NCBI RefSeq assembly: GCF_041146345.1
Contig: NW_027191411.1
Span: 744,001-808,000, forward strand
DNA: 64,000 nucleotides
Direction of reading: 5' to 3'
Source of the DNA: Neodothiora populina
Taxonomy: Eukaryota
Below the pieces are notes generated by a model. It was not told where the DNA came from and made no database searches. It saw nothing but the letters and a program-made list of their open reading frames with translations. The translations under genes were made by a program, and so were the position numbers. This document shows, one piece after another, positions 1 to 12,894 of this stretch. How positions within the stretch are numbered: the stretch's first letter is position 1; the number at the start of each line of letters is the position of its first letter.

Positions 1-1263
1 GCGCTTAGGAAAAGATAGTGGTGATTGTTGTGCATAGTGGCGTGACGGCGTCCCTGATTTGTTGTTTCTGGAATACCGCCTGGGAGGTCAAACAAACAAT
101 CTGCCGTACGAGCCAAGAATCGCCCTCTGGACTGCAAGTCTACTGCATGATGATTTCAAACTGATTAGATACGCAGCTCAGGCAAAGATAGCACAGTGCA
201 GAGATAGCAGCAGCTTTCAGGTGCCATTACTGCTGTACGTGTAGCTGCTTCGATATGCGAAATAAATCAATAAAGTGTTTTTCCTTTCAAGAGAGATGAA
301 AAGCAAGATGGTGCGTCGGAACAACGCATGAAGTTCTCTGTGCGTACGTGGCTCTAGCCCTCGATCTTATATTCAAATGGTCGCCCTAGCCAAGGTCGAG
401 ACCAGAACGCCTTGATATCGCAATCCCAATATATACAGATCACGGGTAAGACAAGAATCAAACGGAACCGCAGCATAGTGGAGCAGAGGAAAGATAACAC
501 AGCGTCAGATCTGCATCAATGTGATATCGGGATAGATTTCTCCCATTTCCTTTCGGGGGGTTTCCCGACGCATCCGATTACTGGAATCTTCTTCTTTCTC
601 ACATTCAGCTCTCAGATTTATATAAAGGCGCCGCGTATCACACTACTGCATGGTGCATATTGAAAGATTAAGTGCCGATTAAGCAAGCTTCGATTGCCTC
701 TAATGGCAGCTGTCTAGTATCTCCCGATTTTGTCTCACAAGCTAATGCTCATGCGAAGATTCTTGACTCGTTTCTCGGACTTGACTGCGAATCGTCCAGG
801 GCTGAGTTGGAGCAAGATCTTGTGTTGTTCTCTGTCCTCATTGCTCGTCTCTGGCCCGCACCGTAAACGTGGGAGTCGCACCCTCTTGGTCCTAACCAGG
901 ACGAACCAGAAATTGTTCTATTGCCTTGATCTATCATGTCTTTGAAGGACCAATAACGTGGCGCATGGTATGATGGCTGGACAGCTGACAGATCTGACTG
1001 GGTGTCTGCACTACTTCATCTAAAGCCTGCGTATGATGGTCTTCTTATATGCCTTGCTTGCACAACTGCAATTGATACCACTGATCTTGTGCCTCGGGAA
1101 CAGTCGCTCCGCTTTCCCCCATAGTGTCAAGGGAGTAGAGAAAGATCACAGTCGTCAGTCGAAGAGGACGAGGATACATCAGAAGTATGCTCAGACAAGG
1201 TGCCAGTACTACCGGAGTATTGCGATGCTAGTAAACGATTCTTTTCATGCAACCGCACATGTT

Positions 1264-3849
1264 TTAGCCATGCACTTCTACGATGATGCCGACAAAGCTT
1301 TCCAAGCCAGCAGCACCCTTCTCACGACGATCTGCGTTGCTGAAGAAACCCGGACCACCACCAGGCATTACTAGCACCTGAGTATTAATCTCTACATATT
1401 CTTTCGCAGTTTCGAAATGTAGTGTGACCATGAGGAAAGGATCCGTAACCTCGTCAGCAGCAGCGTTGTCATGATCCTGCATAGGACTGACATTGCTTGG
1501 ATCACCTGTGCTTGACAGTATCTCCGGTGTAGGCAACTCAGACGGGTCAGGTGTTCTTGCAGATAGAATCCTCGCCGAGGCGCGGACACTTGCAATATAG
1601 AGCACCACCTGACTGCCCACTGCCAAAGAGCCCACGTCGGCTCTTTTGAAACGAGCAATGATGGTGGAAATCGATGAGGATGGACCATTACACAGCACCA
1701 TGCCCTTGCGGATTTTGAGATAAGCAAGCAGATGGTCATCATTCGACTCAGTCAGTCGTAGTCCTATCGTTCCGATTTGATCTGCGTAAAGTGTAGTGAC
1801 AGGTAATCGTAGATTTCTGATACTTGTTATAACAACAGAACGCCACTCTTGCTCTGATACCTTATCCTTCGGACTGAGCGGATCGGATCCTTTCAATGCG
1901 CCTGGAAAGGATCTCGAGGTCAGGAGCGATTTAGAATGAACAGGTCGTTGTTGTCCATCGGAATCTTCGGACTCGTCCAGACTGGAGGAGAAAGGCCCTA
2001 GTATAAGCTTATCTCCGATAGAGAAGGAGCCTCGCTGGAGGCGGCCACTAATCACCATAGACTTCGCGCTCGAGGTCTTGTTGTAAACATCTTCCACGTG
2101 GAATAAGGCGGTACCGGTGCGGGAGTCTTGACGGTGTGGGGCCGCAGGGGCCGCATCAGCCGAAGGCACCGGCAATTCACGGAGAAGGGCATGCAGAACA
2201 TCTAGCCCTACGCCTTGCACGGCGCTGGTCATGATGATTGGCACAAAGAGGTGCGGATCCTCCAGCAGTGGGACGATTGCCTTCTGAACCCTTTGCACTT
2301 GCTCATTTAGTACTTTCTGAGGATCTCCTTGCTTCATTGGCTCGGGCGGATTTGCTATCAGGATTGGCTTCCTGCGTGCAACTTTGATGATCGATAGCAA
2401 CTTTGCAAGCGTTAGACGAAGTCCTGTCCTCGATGCAACATCAAATTTGGTGATAGCCACTACGAGTGGCAGCTGTAGGCGAAGGCAAAGGTCGAGATGC
2501 GCAGCGGCTAGGTCGATATCAGTAGCTGTTGGGCCAAGTACATTAGCCGTCGATGGAGTGCTGCCAACTTTTCCGGACGGATCTCCTTCATCGTCTGCGG
2601 GTACACATAGTATTGCCCAATGAGGACTCCAACCTACTAGACCCCTAACTGTAGTCCTACGATATCGCGGATGTCCAGCAGAATCCGAGGCGAAGACCAG
2701 CCGACCTTGCGTGGCTGCAGCATGCATATCGATCCAGGAGGATATTCCCTTGGAAGCAAAGTTGATAATATCAATATCACCGTTTGTCTCATCTCGGTAC
2801 CCTATGAGTTCCTGCGTTATGGAACTGGTGATTCCAGAGGAAATCTCATGCCTGTGTTTTAGCATACTTAGCCGGCTCTGACCACGACCATTATCGAGTG
2901 TACCTGTAGACAAAGCCCCTAGCAGCGAGGACTTGCCAGACATCGTAGGCCCAGTGAATGCTACTCGAAGCTGTGTAGGTGCTTGCTCGTCTGTACGCCC
3001 TTGATCTGTTTTTCTTGTCTCAGGCCCCGAGTGCACATCTTTGGTTGGTGTATTAGCATTGATACGGTCCAGATAGGGCTTTATTAGTGCTTCGGCAACG
3101 ACAAGCTTGCTCTTGTGCTTTGTGATATTCGCCATATCTCTAAGACTTTGATCATCTCTCCAACTACACCATCCAACATCTACAAGTCGTTGCACTTCCA
3201 CAACACAACCAAGGCACGCAGCCATAGCACGGAGATTGTTGAGACTCTCGCGCATCTCATCTTCGGCCAAGCCAACAAAGGAGCCATCGTCGGATACTCC
3301 GATCTCATAAAGAGCGCCCTGGCTTTCTTCTAGCCCGTGTAGCAATTTTGCCGGACGAGGGGGAGCACGTAGCTCTGGTAAGGCTTCGGGGAAGGAAGGT
3401 AAAACTACATTAGTGGAGGAGGAAGCGTGATGGGGAGAGGACTGCTGCAAGCGCCACAGTAGCTGAGTTGTCAATTGCTCCAATCTATGTTGACGCGATT
3501 GCTGTGTTGCGGCAGATGTGTTCAAAGACAACTCGGAGACGCTTTTGGCAGAATGTGGTCCGTTATATTTAGTGTTCGGATACGAAGTTCCAGGGACATC
3601 AGTTACAGTGCTCATATGTGTGAAGTTTCGTCTCGAACGCAATAGCAGATGCAGCTTGTACTCCACAGGTCCATCCTGCGGCTCAGCTTCTAAACGAGTA
3701 ATCCTTTCAACGTCAAGTGAGGATTTAGTTTCCCCTTCCAAGGCACTGGTCTCGGTGTCGATCCCAGGGGAATCGACTATTGCCAGTTGTCGAAGCCAGG
3801 GCGACGATACCCTTGGTATGTCTGTCTCATAAGTGAAAATTGATGCCAT
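1264..3849 (-). CDS. GTPBP1/2-like translational GTPase (EF-Tu-like GTP-binding protein)
   Basis: 861-aa single ORF. G1 GPTMSGKSS, LKHRHEISSGITSS switch region, G3 DSAGH, G4 TKFD, G5 SAV. N-terminal EPQDGPVEYKL and GALYEIGVSDDG motifs are typical of the GTPBP family. Confidence 0.9.
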   Translation of the reverse strand: MASIFTYETDIPRVSSPWLRQLAIVDSPGIDTETSALEGETKSSLDVERITRLEAEPQDGPVEYKLHLLLRSRRNFTHMSTVTDVPGTSYPNTKYNGPHSAKSVSELSLNTSAATQQSRQHRLEQLTTQLLWRLQQSSPHHASSSTNVVLPSFPEALPELRAPPRPAKLLHGLEESQGALYEIGVSDDGSFVGLAEDEMRESLNNLRAMAACLGCVVEVQRLVDVGWCSWRDDQSLRDMANITKHKSKLVVAEALIKPYLDRINANTPTKDVHSGPETRKTDQGRTDEQAPTQLRVAFTGPTMSGKSSLLGALSTGTLDNGRGQSRLSMLKHRHEISSGITSSITQELIGYRDETNGDIDIINFASKGISSWIDMHAAATQGRLVFASDSAGHPRYRRTTVRGLVGWSPHWAILCVPADDEGDPSGKVGSTPSTANVLGPTATDIDLAAAHLDLCLRLQLPLVVAITKFDVASRTGLRLTLAKLLSIIKVARRKPILIANPPEPMKQGDPQKVLNEQVQRVQKAIVPLLEDPHLFVPIIMTSAVQGVGLDVLHALLRELPVPSADAAPAAPHRQDSRTGTALFHVEDVYNKTSSAKSMVISGRLQRGSFSIGDKLILGPFSSSLDESEDSDGQQRPVHSKSLLTSRSFPGALKGSDPLSPKDKVSEQEWRSVVITSIRNLRLPVTTLYADQIGTIGLRLTESNDDHLLAYLKIRKGMVLCNGPSSSISTIIARFKRADVGSLAVGSQVVLYIASVRASARILSARTPDPSELPTPEILSSTGDPSNVSPMQDHDNAAADEVTDPFLMVTLHFETAKEYVEINTQVLVMPGGGPGFFSNADRREKGAAGLESFVGIIVEVHG

Positions 3850-5514
3850 GGTGATTAAAGCAATTCAAATCTGCGACCTCGATCGCCGTCAAGTGGATAT
3901 CGACGTAGCGCCACGTCAACAACAGGAGTCGTAGAAAAAAACCTAGATGGGTTGATATATACTACGGCCGTAGGAAACTAGTCAGGAGGTGCTGGGAAAT
4001 GTTCGCCCGGAGTAACAGAAGATCTCAATGATTCAGAGTTCTGGAAACTTTGGCAAGCAATCCGCAAGCGATGCTGGCGAGTTTCAGCGACCCGCTTGAT
4101 TCCGTTTCGTTTTTCGTATAGTCGGGACCCGCGTCTTCATGCAGTAATACCGGATCTGGAATAGTATAGTTGGAACGTGACTCATTTTGTATGGCGATGA
4201 TACTCTGCAGGACAACGATGAATGCTTGTACAGCCAAGAACACTAAATGGAGATGGCGGAGTTCATGACGATAGACTTGAGCAATGCCCAAGGTTGGTAA
4301 GGTATGGTTGCAAATGAAGAAGGTCGATACCGCTGTTGCCGTCAACGACGGGCGAGGGCACCTGTGCACGGGAGCAGCGCATGATATGAAGGGGTCAGCC
4401 CTACAAGCCGCGAGTCACCAGTCGCGCCGTATCAAGGATGCAGGGCTGCATCTGACTCACCCTCCATTGCCATCTGTTGCTCAAGTCAGGGTCAGTGGTA
4501 CAATAAGGATGATTATTCGTGAACCTTGACGTCGGTCCGCGATGAGTCAATTGTCGAGTCATCATAGCAACCGTCTCACGACAAGGTAAACTGGAATGCA
4601 CCCGGAAATAATAATGGCACCTCGTACCCCAGTACCTCAGTGGCTGGGCTCTATACGAGAGCGCTGTGCGGTTGAAGCAGATCATTGCTTCAAGCGACAT
4701 CGTACCTTTGGCCTATTCAGTACCAAAAGATTCTTCGCATGCAGACTGATCCACATCCGTTCAGAGTTAAATGTGCATTGCATGAATAGGAGATCGAAAC
4801 TTGGCAATCTCCGTTTCTCCTATTGGACCATTCGCATGCTTTTATTAGAGTCAGTGCACCAAACAAGAGTCAGTCGGTCTGTGGAGCAGCCGCAGATACA
4901 CAGTCGCACGCTACTTGAATCAGTAGTGGAGCATCAATCAACACAGCTCCAATACTGGTTGATCACATGAGTTCAAGGTCGCACGTTCCACGGCACCAAC
5001 CGGTCTGGCATCTGGTTTGTGGTTCGTCGAGAGTGAGCCAGACTTGTGAGTATTTTTGAAAAGCCTTCATATATCTATATGCATTTAATCTCGCTCACGT
5101 GTCGTACGTGAAGCCCTGGACATTAATATCTAACCCCACCGGGACCTGATCCAAGGGTACCGCTGCTACCTACTTGTGAACCTGTTTGGAGAAGTTGGTC
5201 TACTAAAGACTAATGGTGCCCGCCCTTGGCGCCGCCGAGAGACGCACCGATTCGGCTGCCTGTATCTTAGTACAATATGCCAATGGTGGAACGTCCGAAA
5301 AACGATGCAAACAACTCCACGCCAAACACCGCGAATAATGCTATGAGATGAAGCTTGTTGAGACCAAATACAAACGCCGTCTTGCAAGTGCTATAAGCGA
5401 GGGTATCATGATATGTGTTTTGCGGTCCAAAAGCTAATCTCTCGGTGCCTTTCGTCATCGCACTACTGGTAATTTTGTTACGGCCGTAATTCAAAGGTGG
5501 CGTAGCGTCCAGCG

Positions 5515-6924
5515 CTATTTTGACTCCGTAGACGTCCTGCGTTGCTTGGAGCACTTTTCATGTGCAAGATGGCCGTTTCTAGCCGTCGTTCTCGTAAATT
5601 CGGCACCGCACTTGGGACAGTAAGATTTCGCTGCCGTCCCTGACTTTTCTCGCTGATGTCTGAGAAGATTGCTGAAAGTAGAGAACTCTCGGCCGTTGCA
5701 GCCATGGTCCCAGCATTGCGGCTTTGGTTTTGGATTAATCACTCGTACATGTGACTCACTCTCCGTTCTAGTGGGCAAGCTATGACGGGCGCTGCCGCTA
5801 CTGCCGAGAGATTGAGGTGGAGGGTAACTGAACCTCTGCGGTCCTTGGTAGAGCTGTTGCGGAGGCTCTACAGCCGGCGCTGAGAACGAATTCGAGTACA
5901 AGTTGGATTCAAAGAAATGCGGTGACCTGGATAGTCATTAGATCACGACCACTTATGGATCTGTAATTGGGTTGCTTACCTTTGCAAACCATTGGTTTGG
6001 TGGGGACTTATGGATCCGACTGGGATGGAATTTGGTTGCGATGACATCGGGCTATGCGAGATGCTCCTGCTTGAGGAGATTTGCTGACTAGAAAAGTTGA
6101 CACCATCGTACACTGGTTGTTGGAATGGACTCGTTCCACGGTTGAGACTGCTCGTAGGATCGCTTATGTGGGTCATAGATGGTTCAAGCGAAGGTGCTGA
6201 GTATGGTGCGTTCATGGACAACCCACTCGGCGTATACAATGGCTGAGCTGAAAACTCCTGCGAATAGACTGAATGAAGATTGTTTGACTGGGCATGATGA
6301 TGCTGGGAGTCAAGATTTTGATAAGCTAGTTTAATATTAGCACTTCTTGTGACAGGGGCCATGGAAGGCACAAACCTTGATTGAAAGATGGGTCATGGAA
6401 AGACATGTTTCCATATTGTGGAGGGGGGAGATATCCTAACGAACTTCATTATTGGTCAGCATGGTTTCAAGCATCCAAAGGTGTGCGGATACTTACGGCA
6501 TGCTCGCTAATGTGCTGGCAGGAAGGCTCCTTACAGCGTCCTCGGAAGAAACAGTCGAGATAATAGTCTTGTTGTCTACGTTGTTCGCCAGGTCCGGCGA
6601 GTGATGTCCAGGAATTGAATTAGGGTTCGTAATTGACTGTGAATGCGGCGAAGAGAAGAATTGGGCTGATTCTGTGGCTTGTGATGGATCCCAAATGGCT
6701 TTGTCCAAAGGTTCAGGATCGATAAGTAGTTGGGTTCGCAATTGGTCTGGTAACAGCCTATGGCTTTGCTCGGTATCCAGTGAAGAGATGGATCTTGGTC
6801 GGGACGATTTATAAGAGTTTCGTTTCTTAATGCTAGTGTTGTCTAGATGTGATATGATTGGAAAATTGCTACTGGCTCTGGATCTGATGCGGGAAGAAGA
6901 AGATTTGGAGTAGGGCGAGTCCAT
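5515..6924 (-). CDS. Putative C2H2 zinc-finger transcription factor (4 exons)
   Basis: C-terminal [28 protein letters not shown]...[17 protein letters not shown]. In-frame joins via introns 6444-6496, 6326-6375 and 5927-5979 (GT..CTRAY..AG on the minus strand). Start at ATG 6924 is uncertain; ATG 6501 is an alternative. Confidence 0.75.
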
Positions 6925-9564
6925 GGTAGAAGTAAAGAACAAGGCAAACCGCAAGGGTCAAGGGAGTCCGTCTTACTATAATAGACCATATAAACCTTGA
7001 AGCCGTTCTGGCGTACGTGATCTACGGAGATAGGGCCACCTACGGCAGGGTCGGGTTTGAACACTGAGCAAGGCGCAGTTGGCTTCAGGATGGGTAACGG
7101 CCGAAGCACGCAACCAACACATGGCCGGGAAGACAGTGTGCTCATTGGCCGCATGGTCTCGAGTAGGGCCTTTGGGGTCTTCAGGACCCCTGCCCCCCCC
7201 CCTCCCCATTTACACGGTCCCGTCTTGAGTTACATTTTATTCCAAAGCATCGCTAGGCAGACGACCACGACTTATCGGGGGCAGCAAGATGCTTTGCGCT
7301 GACCGCGTAGATCAAAGAACGGTATCTCGCGTAGCACAGCGAAAATTGGTAATTCATTACGTAGATCTCGTGCAACCCCGAAGCTGGACATGGACAGCAA
7401 TACAAAAATCTTTTTGCTTGTCCAAGACGAGTCATGAGCGCGGTGGATGTTTTGGGAAGTTGGTTTTTTTGGTGAGGGGCAGATGCTTCCAAGCAGCTAA
7501 GACCCGGCCGTGCCTAGCGCGTAGACCCGTGGGTCATGTTCTTACTAGCCGTCACCCACGTTGTTCGCTAATCGCTATCTTGGGAAACAACATTGACTAC
7601 CCACTATACATTAGTCATGCCGCCAACGTCATCCTCACCAGCACAAGGCTGACTTGGCGTGGCAGCTTCGGTGTCGTTTGGATACCTCAACAAGTACATG
7701 CCTCTCATCTTCACTATCTGGAGTACAAAAGTACTTGAGTCGGCGTTGTACGGTACTGCAGCGTCTCCCCGTCGCTACTCACCTGCCTAACCTACTACAA
7801 GTGCGATACAAGGTTTGTAAGCCTGCCGAACCAGACATATTGCTTGTTCAAGCTTGATCCAAGCCTCGACATCAAGGTAGTAGGTAAGGTACTTTGCAGA
7901 ATTGTTGCCCCGTTGTGAGCCCCATAGGTCGTCTCAAATTTCCGCCCTACGCATATGCAGCGGGTCCCATTCTTAGACTTAATCAAAATGCAATAAATTT
8001 CCGAGATGCTGGACTTGTCGAGAATGGCATCAAGCGAAGTTCATCTATCAGCGACGTTATAAGCGATCAGCAATGTCTCTCGCGGTACTATCATAGGAAA
8101 AACAGTCTTGTCCCACATATTTTGTGAGGCTGAGGTCGCCTACTTTCAAGAGGCTGACCAAACCACATTGGGGAACCCGCATTCCGCAAACCTACGACGC
8201 GTTCATCTGCGCCATTTTGTTGTGTACGAAGCTAAGTTATCAAAATAACTCATCACGGCTGTATACTTACAACTCGCTACATTATTGCCTTACAACCGGT
8301 CTCCTCTCCGCCCATGGTAGCTCCAACGCCCTAGAAGTGAGGAGAAGCAAACATGATCGTGATCCCCCCTCTCTTCCGCTTGTTCTGATTACTAAATAAA
8401 TGCATGACATGGGCGGCCGTAAAACACGGGATCTGCGGGACTGGAGAGACCGACTACACTGCGAGTCAACGATGAGTCGTTATCGGTGTACTGTACTTTG
8501 ATAGAAATCTTGGAGCAGTGTGGCTTGGCTTGCTTGCCAAACCTAGCCCCCGCATCACGAGAATAACGTGCCCGCTACCAGCACGAACTAGTACATGTAC
8601 CGTACTACCCACGGAGCACATTTAACGCAATTATTTTGAATTCGCATGGCGTGACTAGGTAAGACCTTCCGACTTGGTATGAAGGGTGGTCATGATACTT
8701 TTCTCCGGTCAGTCTTGGAAATGGCCGGATGTGATCCGGTCAGTTAATTCGCCCGTGCAGCGCACCGGCATCCAAGTTCCACCGCTCGTCTCCGGACCAT
8801 GATGCACCTGTTGCTCCAGGATCTGCTTGCTTGGCGGCGGTGAATCCGACCGAGACCTTCATGCAGGGCCGGCCGAGTTCGCTGCACAAACGTATCACAT
8901 GGGCGCAAGATACGGCCGAATGCATGAGATTCAGTTGAGTCTTGTCTCGCGCGACCCATTTAGTGAGATGAACCGCATGTCGGTGCCTGATGTGCGCTGC
9001 GATGGCTATCTACTAATGAGAGTCATGGTTGATGAAACCCTAGCGACAGCCACAAATGCGTGGGTTGTATCATGATTGCGACCATAAACATCCACACCTT
9101 GGGTAGAGAGGGGGGGTCCAGGAGCTTGTCCACGGCCCCTGCGCTCCTTCAGCCTTGCAAAGCTTGGTAGACACGTAACCTGGAGGAGTCTGAACACATT
9201 CGCGACCCTGCGCCATGCGCTTTGCACTATTATATGCAGTGAACACCGAAGTGTAGCATAGAAAAACACGTCGAAATTAACCGTTCGTCAAAATGGAACA
9301 GTGATAAATTGATAAAAGCATCGAGACATCGAGAGTTCTTTGGCAGTTCGAAGCGTTGACGTTCAGACACTAGACTATCCTGGGACCCGCGGACCAGAAT
9401 GCATATGTCGATGAACATGTAATCATGCCGGACGACCCCAACTAATTTTAGTCAGTTGTCCACTGAACGATCGCTGTGCTTGACTTCTGCGAATAACGGC
9501 GGAGCATGGCCTACTGTAGGTAATGATGCGTATGCCAAAGTGGTCTCCCATGACGTTGATCTTC

Positions 9565-10458
9565 TCATAGTCTTGCTTTCTCGATCCACTTCTGATCTAA
9601 ATCAAACTGATCGATGATTACCTGCAAACCTTGGGCGCCTGATTTCGGTGCTACTGCAACCTCCTGACAGTCCTCGAGCGCGACTCCATTAGCGTATTGC
9701 ACAACTACGAAATCGACACTGCTTGCACCTAGGACAACCATTGGTGCGTGCCAAGTACCGGGGCCGTACGTGACAGATTGAGACCCGTCCGCGATGAAAG
9801 CCTTGAGTTGGCTCAAATCAGGTTCCTCGATTCCCTTGGGCCTTTGTGGTCCCGTCGCAGGAAAGCCAGTAACAGGTAGTTTGTCCTTGCTGTCAGAGGT
9901 CTGATCACCCCGACTTCGAGAAAGTATGCTAGTGATACTTCGCCGCCGCACTGGCCTATGTGGTGGATATGGCAGTGTCGTGTCTCCAGCAGATCCAGGT
10001 GAGGCTTGACGCGTTGGGGCCACGATGACCAAATACTGTGTAGATTTGTCGGCCGCGCAAAGCCCGGTGGGAACGAACGTCTGCGGAGTGAATGGATGTC
10101 TTTCAAGTATCCTCACTGAAAACGCGGATGATGCCCCGTTCGTTGAACCCAGTCCGGACCTTTGCACAGCCGTGACATTGTCGAGTTGTCGCGGTGAGCA
10201 TACAAACATATTCATGACGACCTTGGCAGGCTTTCCACTAGGTGCGACATCGTAGTGGTTCGCCATATGCGTAACATCGAGGTACTTCAACGCGGACCCT
10301 TGATTCGCAGAGACGACATCATATGCGCCGGCGTCAGTCTTGCTTGAAGCATGCTCTGGATTCTGAATCACTGTCCCAAACGGAGCGAAGGCCTGCGGCT
10401 CGAGCGGCTGCACCGAAACCCGCAGGTTCGGGGCGACGATCTGAGGAAGAGGTGGCAT
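9565..10458 (-). CDS. DAL3: Ureidoglycolate lyase (Dal3/UglA-like) with C-terminal PTS1
   Basis: 297 aa. FAPFG, ANQGSA, LERHPFTPQTF and GTWHAPM motifs of the ureidoglycolate lyase family. Ends in -ARL. Confidence 0.9.
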   Translation of the reverse strand: MPPLPQIVAPNLRVSVQPLEPQAFAPFGTVIQNPEHASSKTDAGAYDVVSANQGSALKYLDVTHMANHYDVAPSGKPAKVVMNMFVCSPRQLDNVTAVQRSGLGSTNGASSAFSVRILERHPFTPQTFVPTGLCAADKSTQYLVIVAPTRQASPGSAGDTTLPYPPHRPVRRRSITSILSRSRGDQTSDSKDKLPVTGFPATGPQRPKGIEEPDLSQLKAFIADGSQSVTYGPGTWHAPMVVLGASSVDFVVVQYANGVALEDCQEVAVAPKSGAQGLQVIIDQFDLDQKWIEKARL

Positions 10459-10962
10459 CTCTGAGTCGGCCGGTTTGGACTAGATTAGGCTATTGGATAT
10501 CTTGAGGTTCAAATAAGGTGAATATAAGGTTATTTTGAAAGAGGTTACATGCAGTCGAGCCTTCGTAGCAATTCTGGAGAAATACCGAGGCAAAAGAGCA
10601 ACTATAGCTGGTGACAGGTGCTGAATGACTCGGATTGACCTCGGTAGCACCGACGTCCTAGCCCTATCTAAAGTAGGGGTGCAACCTATGTAAAGATTGC
10701 TTGGTCAAGAACAGAGATGTGACTGGTGGGAGAGAGATCTGATAGTTCGACAGGTATTACTGCAAGTATATCCTCATGTGTCACCTGGATGTGTGTAAAA
10801 GAAGACCTCAGGCACCTGCCCTAACCTTAGGCCACTTCACTAGATGTGCAATCTTGGCATTTGGCCAAGAGTGGGGGACCTGTGGTCTCCAAATCTCAGT
10901 AGGTATACGACCGGGAGGTCAAATGATGCTTAAACTGATGCCAAGACTGGTCTTTGTGTGGA

Positions 10963-11000
10963 ACGCGTCTAAAACGCGGTCATGAACGCGTACTTCGCGT
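10963..11000. promoter_or_regulatory. Cluster of MluI cell-cycle (MCB-like) boxes upstream of ECO1
   Basis: ACGCGT 10963-10968, ACGCGG 10974-10979, ACGCGT 10986-10991 and TCGCGT 10995-11000, about 80-120 bp before the ECO1 ATG. Confidence 0.7.
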
Positions 11001-11079
11001 TACTTGACCGATCTAAAGTAAACAGCATGCACATGTCCCATTGCTACTACTAAAATCGTCCTACTATCACCATATTGTA

Positions 11080-12479
11080 ATGAACACCAGACCTCATAAG
11101 TAAGCAACGTCATCTTATCGTCAAGCCAATTTATGCTGAACTGAAACTCTTACAGTTCACGTCTTGTCACATATTCTCGCGCGAAGAGGACGCTGCTCCA
11201 TGATGATACTCAGTCCATAAAGCGTAGACGCGTTGAAATCGTCGAGGTCCATTCTGATGATGATGCTGGCACATTGCCGAGAGAGCCAGACTCGCCAGAA
11301 CCTGCTGTGGTATCGAGTAGCCCACGCTCGGAGTGTCTATTCTCAGACATAACACCTCTCGATGGACAAATACATGCCTCGACACCAGCTTCCTCGCCAC
11401 CTCCTTTCACATCCGGGGTGAATCCACCGGTACAACAACAAGATCTTCGCCAGGAGAAGAAGAGACCAGCGGCAGACTTCTTTCTCCATATTCATGCTAA
11501 ATCAGTGAAGAAGCCACGACAGGCTCCAATGAAGAAACCCTTGGTTCAGATGCAGCTGAACCTTGGACAACCATTCCAGAAGCGATGCAGAACATGTGGG
11601 ATGGAGTTTGTACCTTCTAATGTCGAGGATGCAGAGCTTCACCGCAAGTTCCATTCTCAAAGTGCGGAAGGTGTCTTTGTCGGTAAAGACTTCCTGAGAA
11701 AGGCGGAAGGTTGGCGTGGTGTTGAGTGGACTGGGAAAGATGGCACAGACCGCATCGTCTCGATCACAAGGCACCGGAAGTGTCAATCAGCTAGACAACA
11801 AGTCGTTCCTGTGCTCAACGTCGCGCAAGCTGAATTAGGTGCTGTCGACATACCCACAAATTTACTCTGGAGTCTGTGTGGCACAGCACTATCGTCGTCC
11901 GGTGACGATAAGGAACAAACTTCGGAAAGACGCATACATTCCAAGTACGGTTCAATCCACGATAGATATAAAATATATCTTTACATCCATGGAACCCGGT
12001 CGGTAGGCCTATGCCTAGCAGAGCGTATCAAGACAGCTTACAAGGTGATGGATGAGCCACCCGAAATATGGAATGGCACAAGCGGAGACTCGAAGCAGAA
12101 CCTTGCCGAGGACGAGAAGCAGGGACACGGAGATGGGAGTATTGAACGTGATCCCGACAGGCCGATAAGAATTGGTGAAGATGCGGATCAGGTGCAAATG
12201 GGGATCTCGCGGATATGGGTCTCATCAAGCTGCCGGCAGAAGGGCATAGCTTCTGCGATGCTAGATTGCGCAAGCAGGACTTTCTGCGATGGGACGATCA
12301 TACCCAAGGAGGAGATCGCCTTCAGCCAACCGACCCAAAGTGGTGCACGCTTGGCCAGACGCTGGTTCGGTGTGAAATCTGGGTGGCACGTCTACGCAGA
12401 CTGCAACACCATAACGGAGTGTAAGGATGGTGTTTGGTATTCACGTCGCGACGATGAGGATGACGGCTCAACACAATGA
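11080..12479 (+). CDS. ECO1: Sister chromatid cohesion N-acetyltransferase Eco1/Eso1
   Basis: ATG 11080 and intron 11100-11155 (GTAAGC..CAG) join in frame to ORF 11274-12479. QMQLNLG, zinc finger CRTCGM...HRKFH, GISRIWV, RQKGIA and IAFSQPTQSG. Confidence 0.92.
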
Positions 12480-12894
12480 TGTGGTCGACGACCTTGCGCC
12501 AAAGCATTACTTACCGTCGATGTACCTTGGAGGGACCATGATCAATTCTAGAGCACGCTTAGCTATAAACAAGATAAATGATTTCTCCACTGTAATACAA
12601 AGTTTTTGAGATCAATCTATACACAGTGCATCAAGTGCCATCAAGTCAGTAAATATAGAGTGTAAGTGGAGATGTTTGGGGCTGTTGATAGTCGGAGACC
12701 CCGGATCTTCAGGGCCTCGCGTCAATTCGGCCAAGCAAGCTCACATACCTCACATAGATACCTTAAGAAGTTGGATTCCATAATCGCTGATAAACTGCCA
12801 CTCACGACGATCTAAGGAATGACCTGACCAGAATAAAACTTTGTGTACATGCATGATGAAGCAACGATAAGATCAATAACGTGGGAGCAGCAAC

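Noticed and set aside
3900..5500. Several 70-124-aa ORFs
   Set aside because: No recognisable motifs or coherent splice model; likely intergenic or UTR.
6960..9500. Short ORFs in the 2.6-kb spacer
   Set aside because: No coding signal; consistent with the long promoter of the C2H2 factor.
10819..10831. CCCTAACCTTAGG, telomere-like
   Set aside because: A single unit, not an array.
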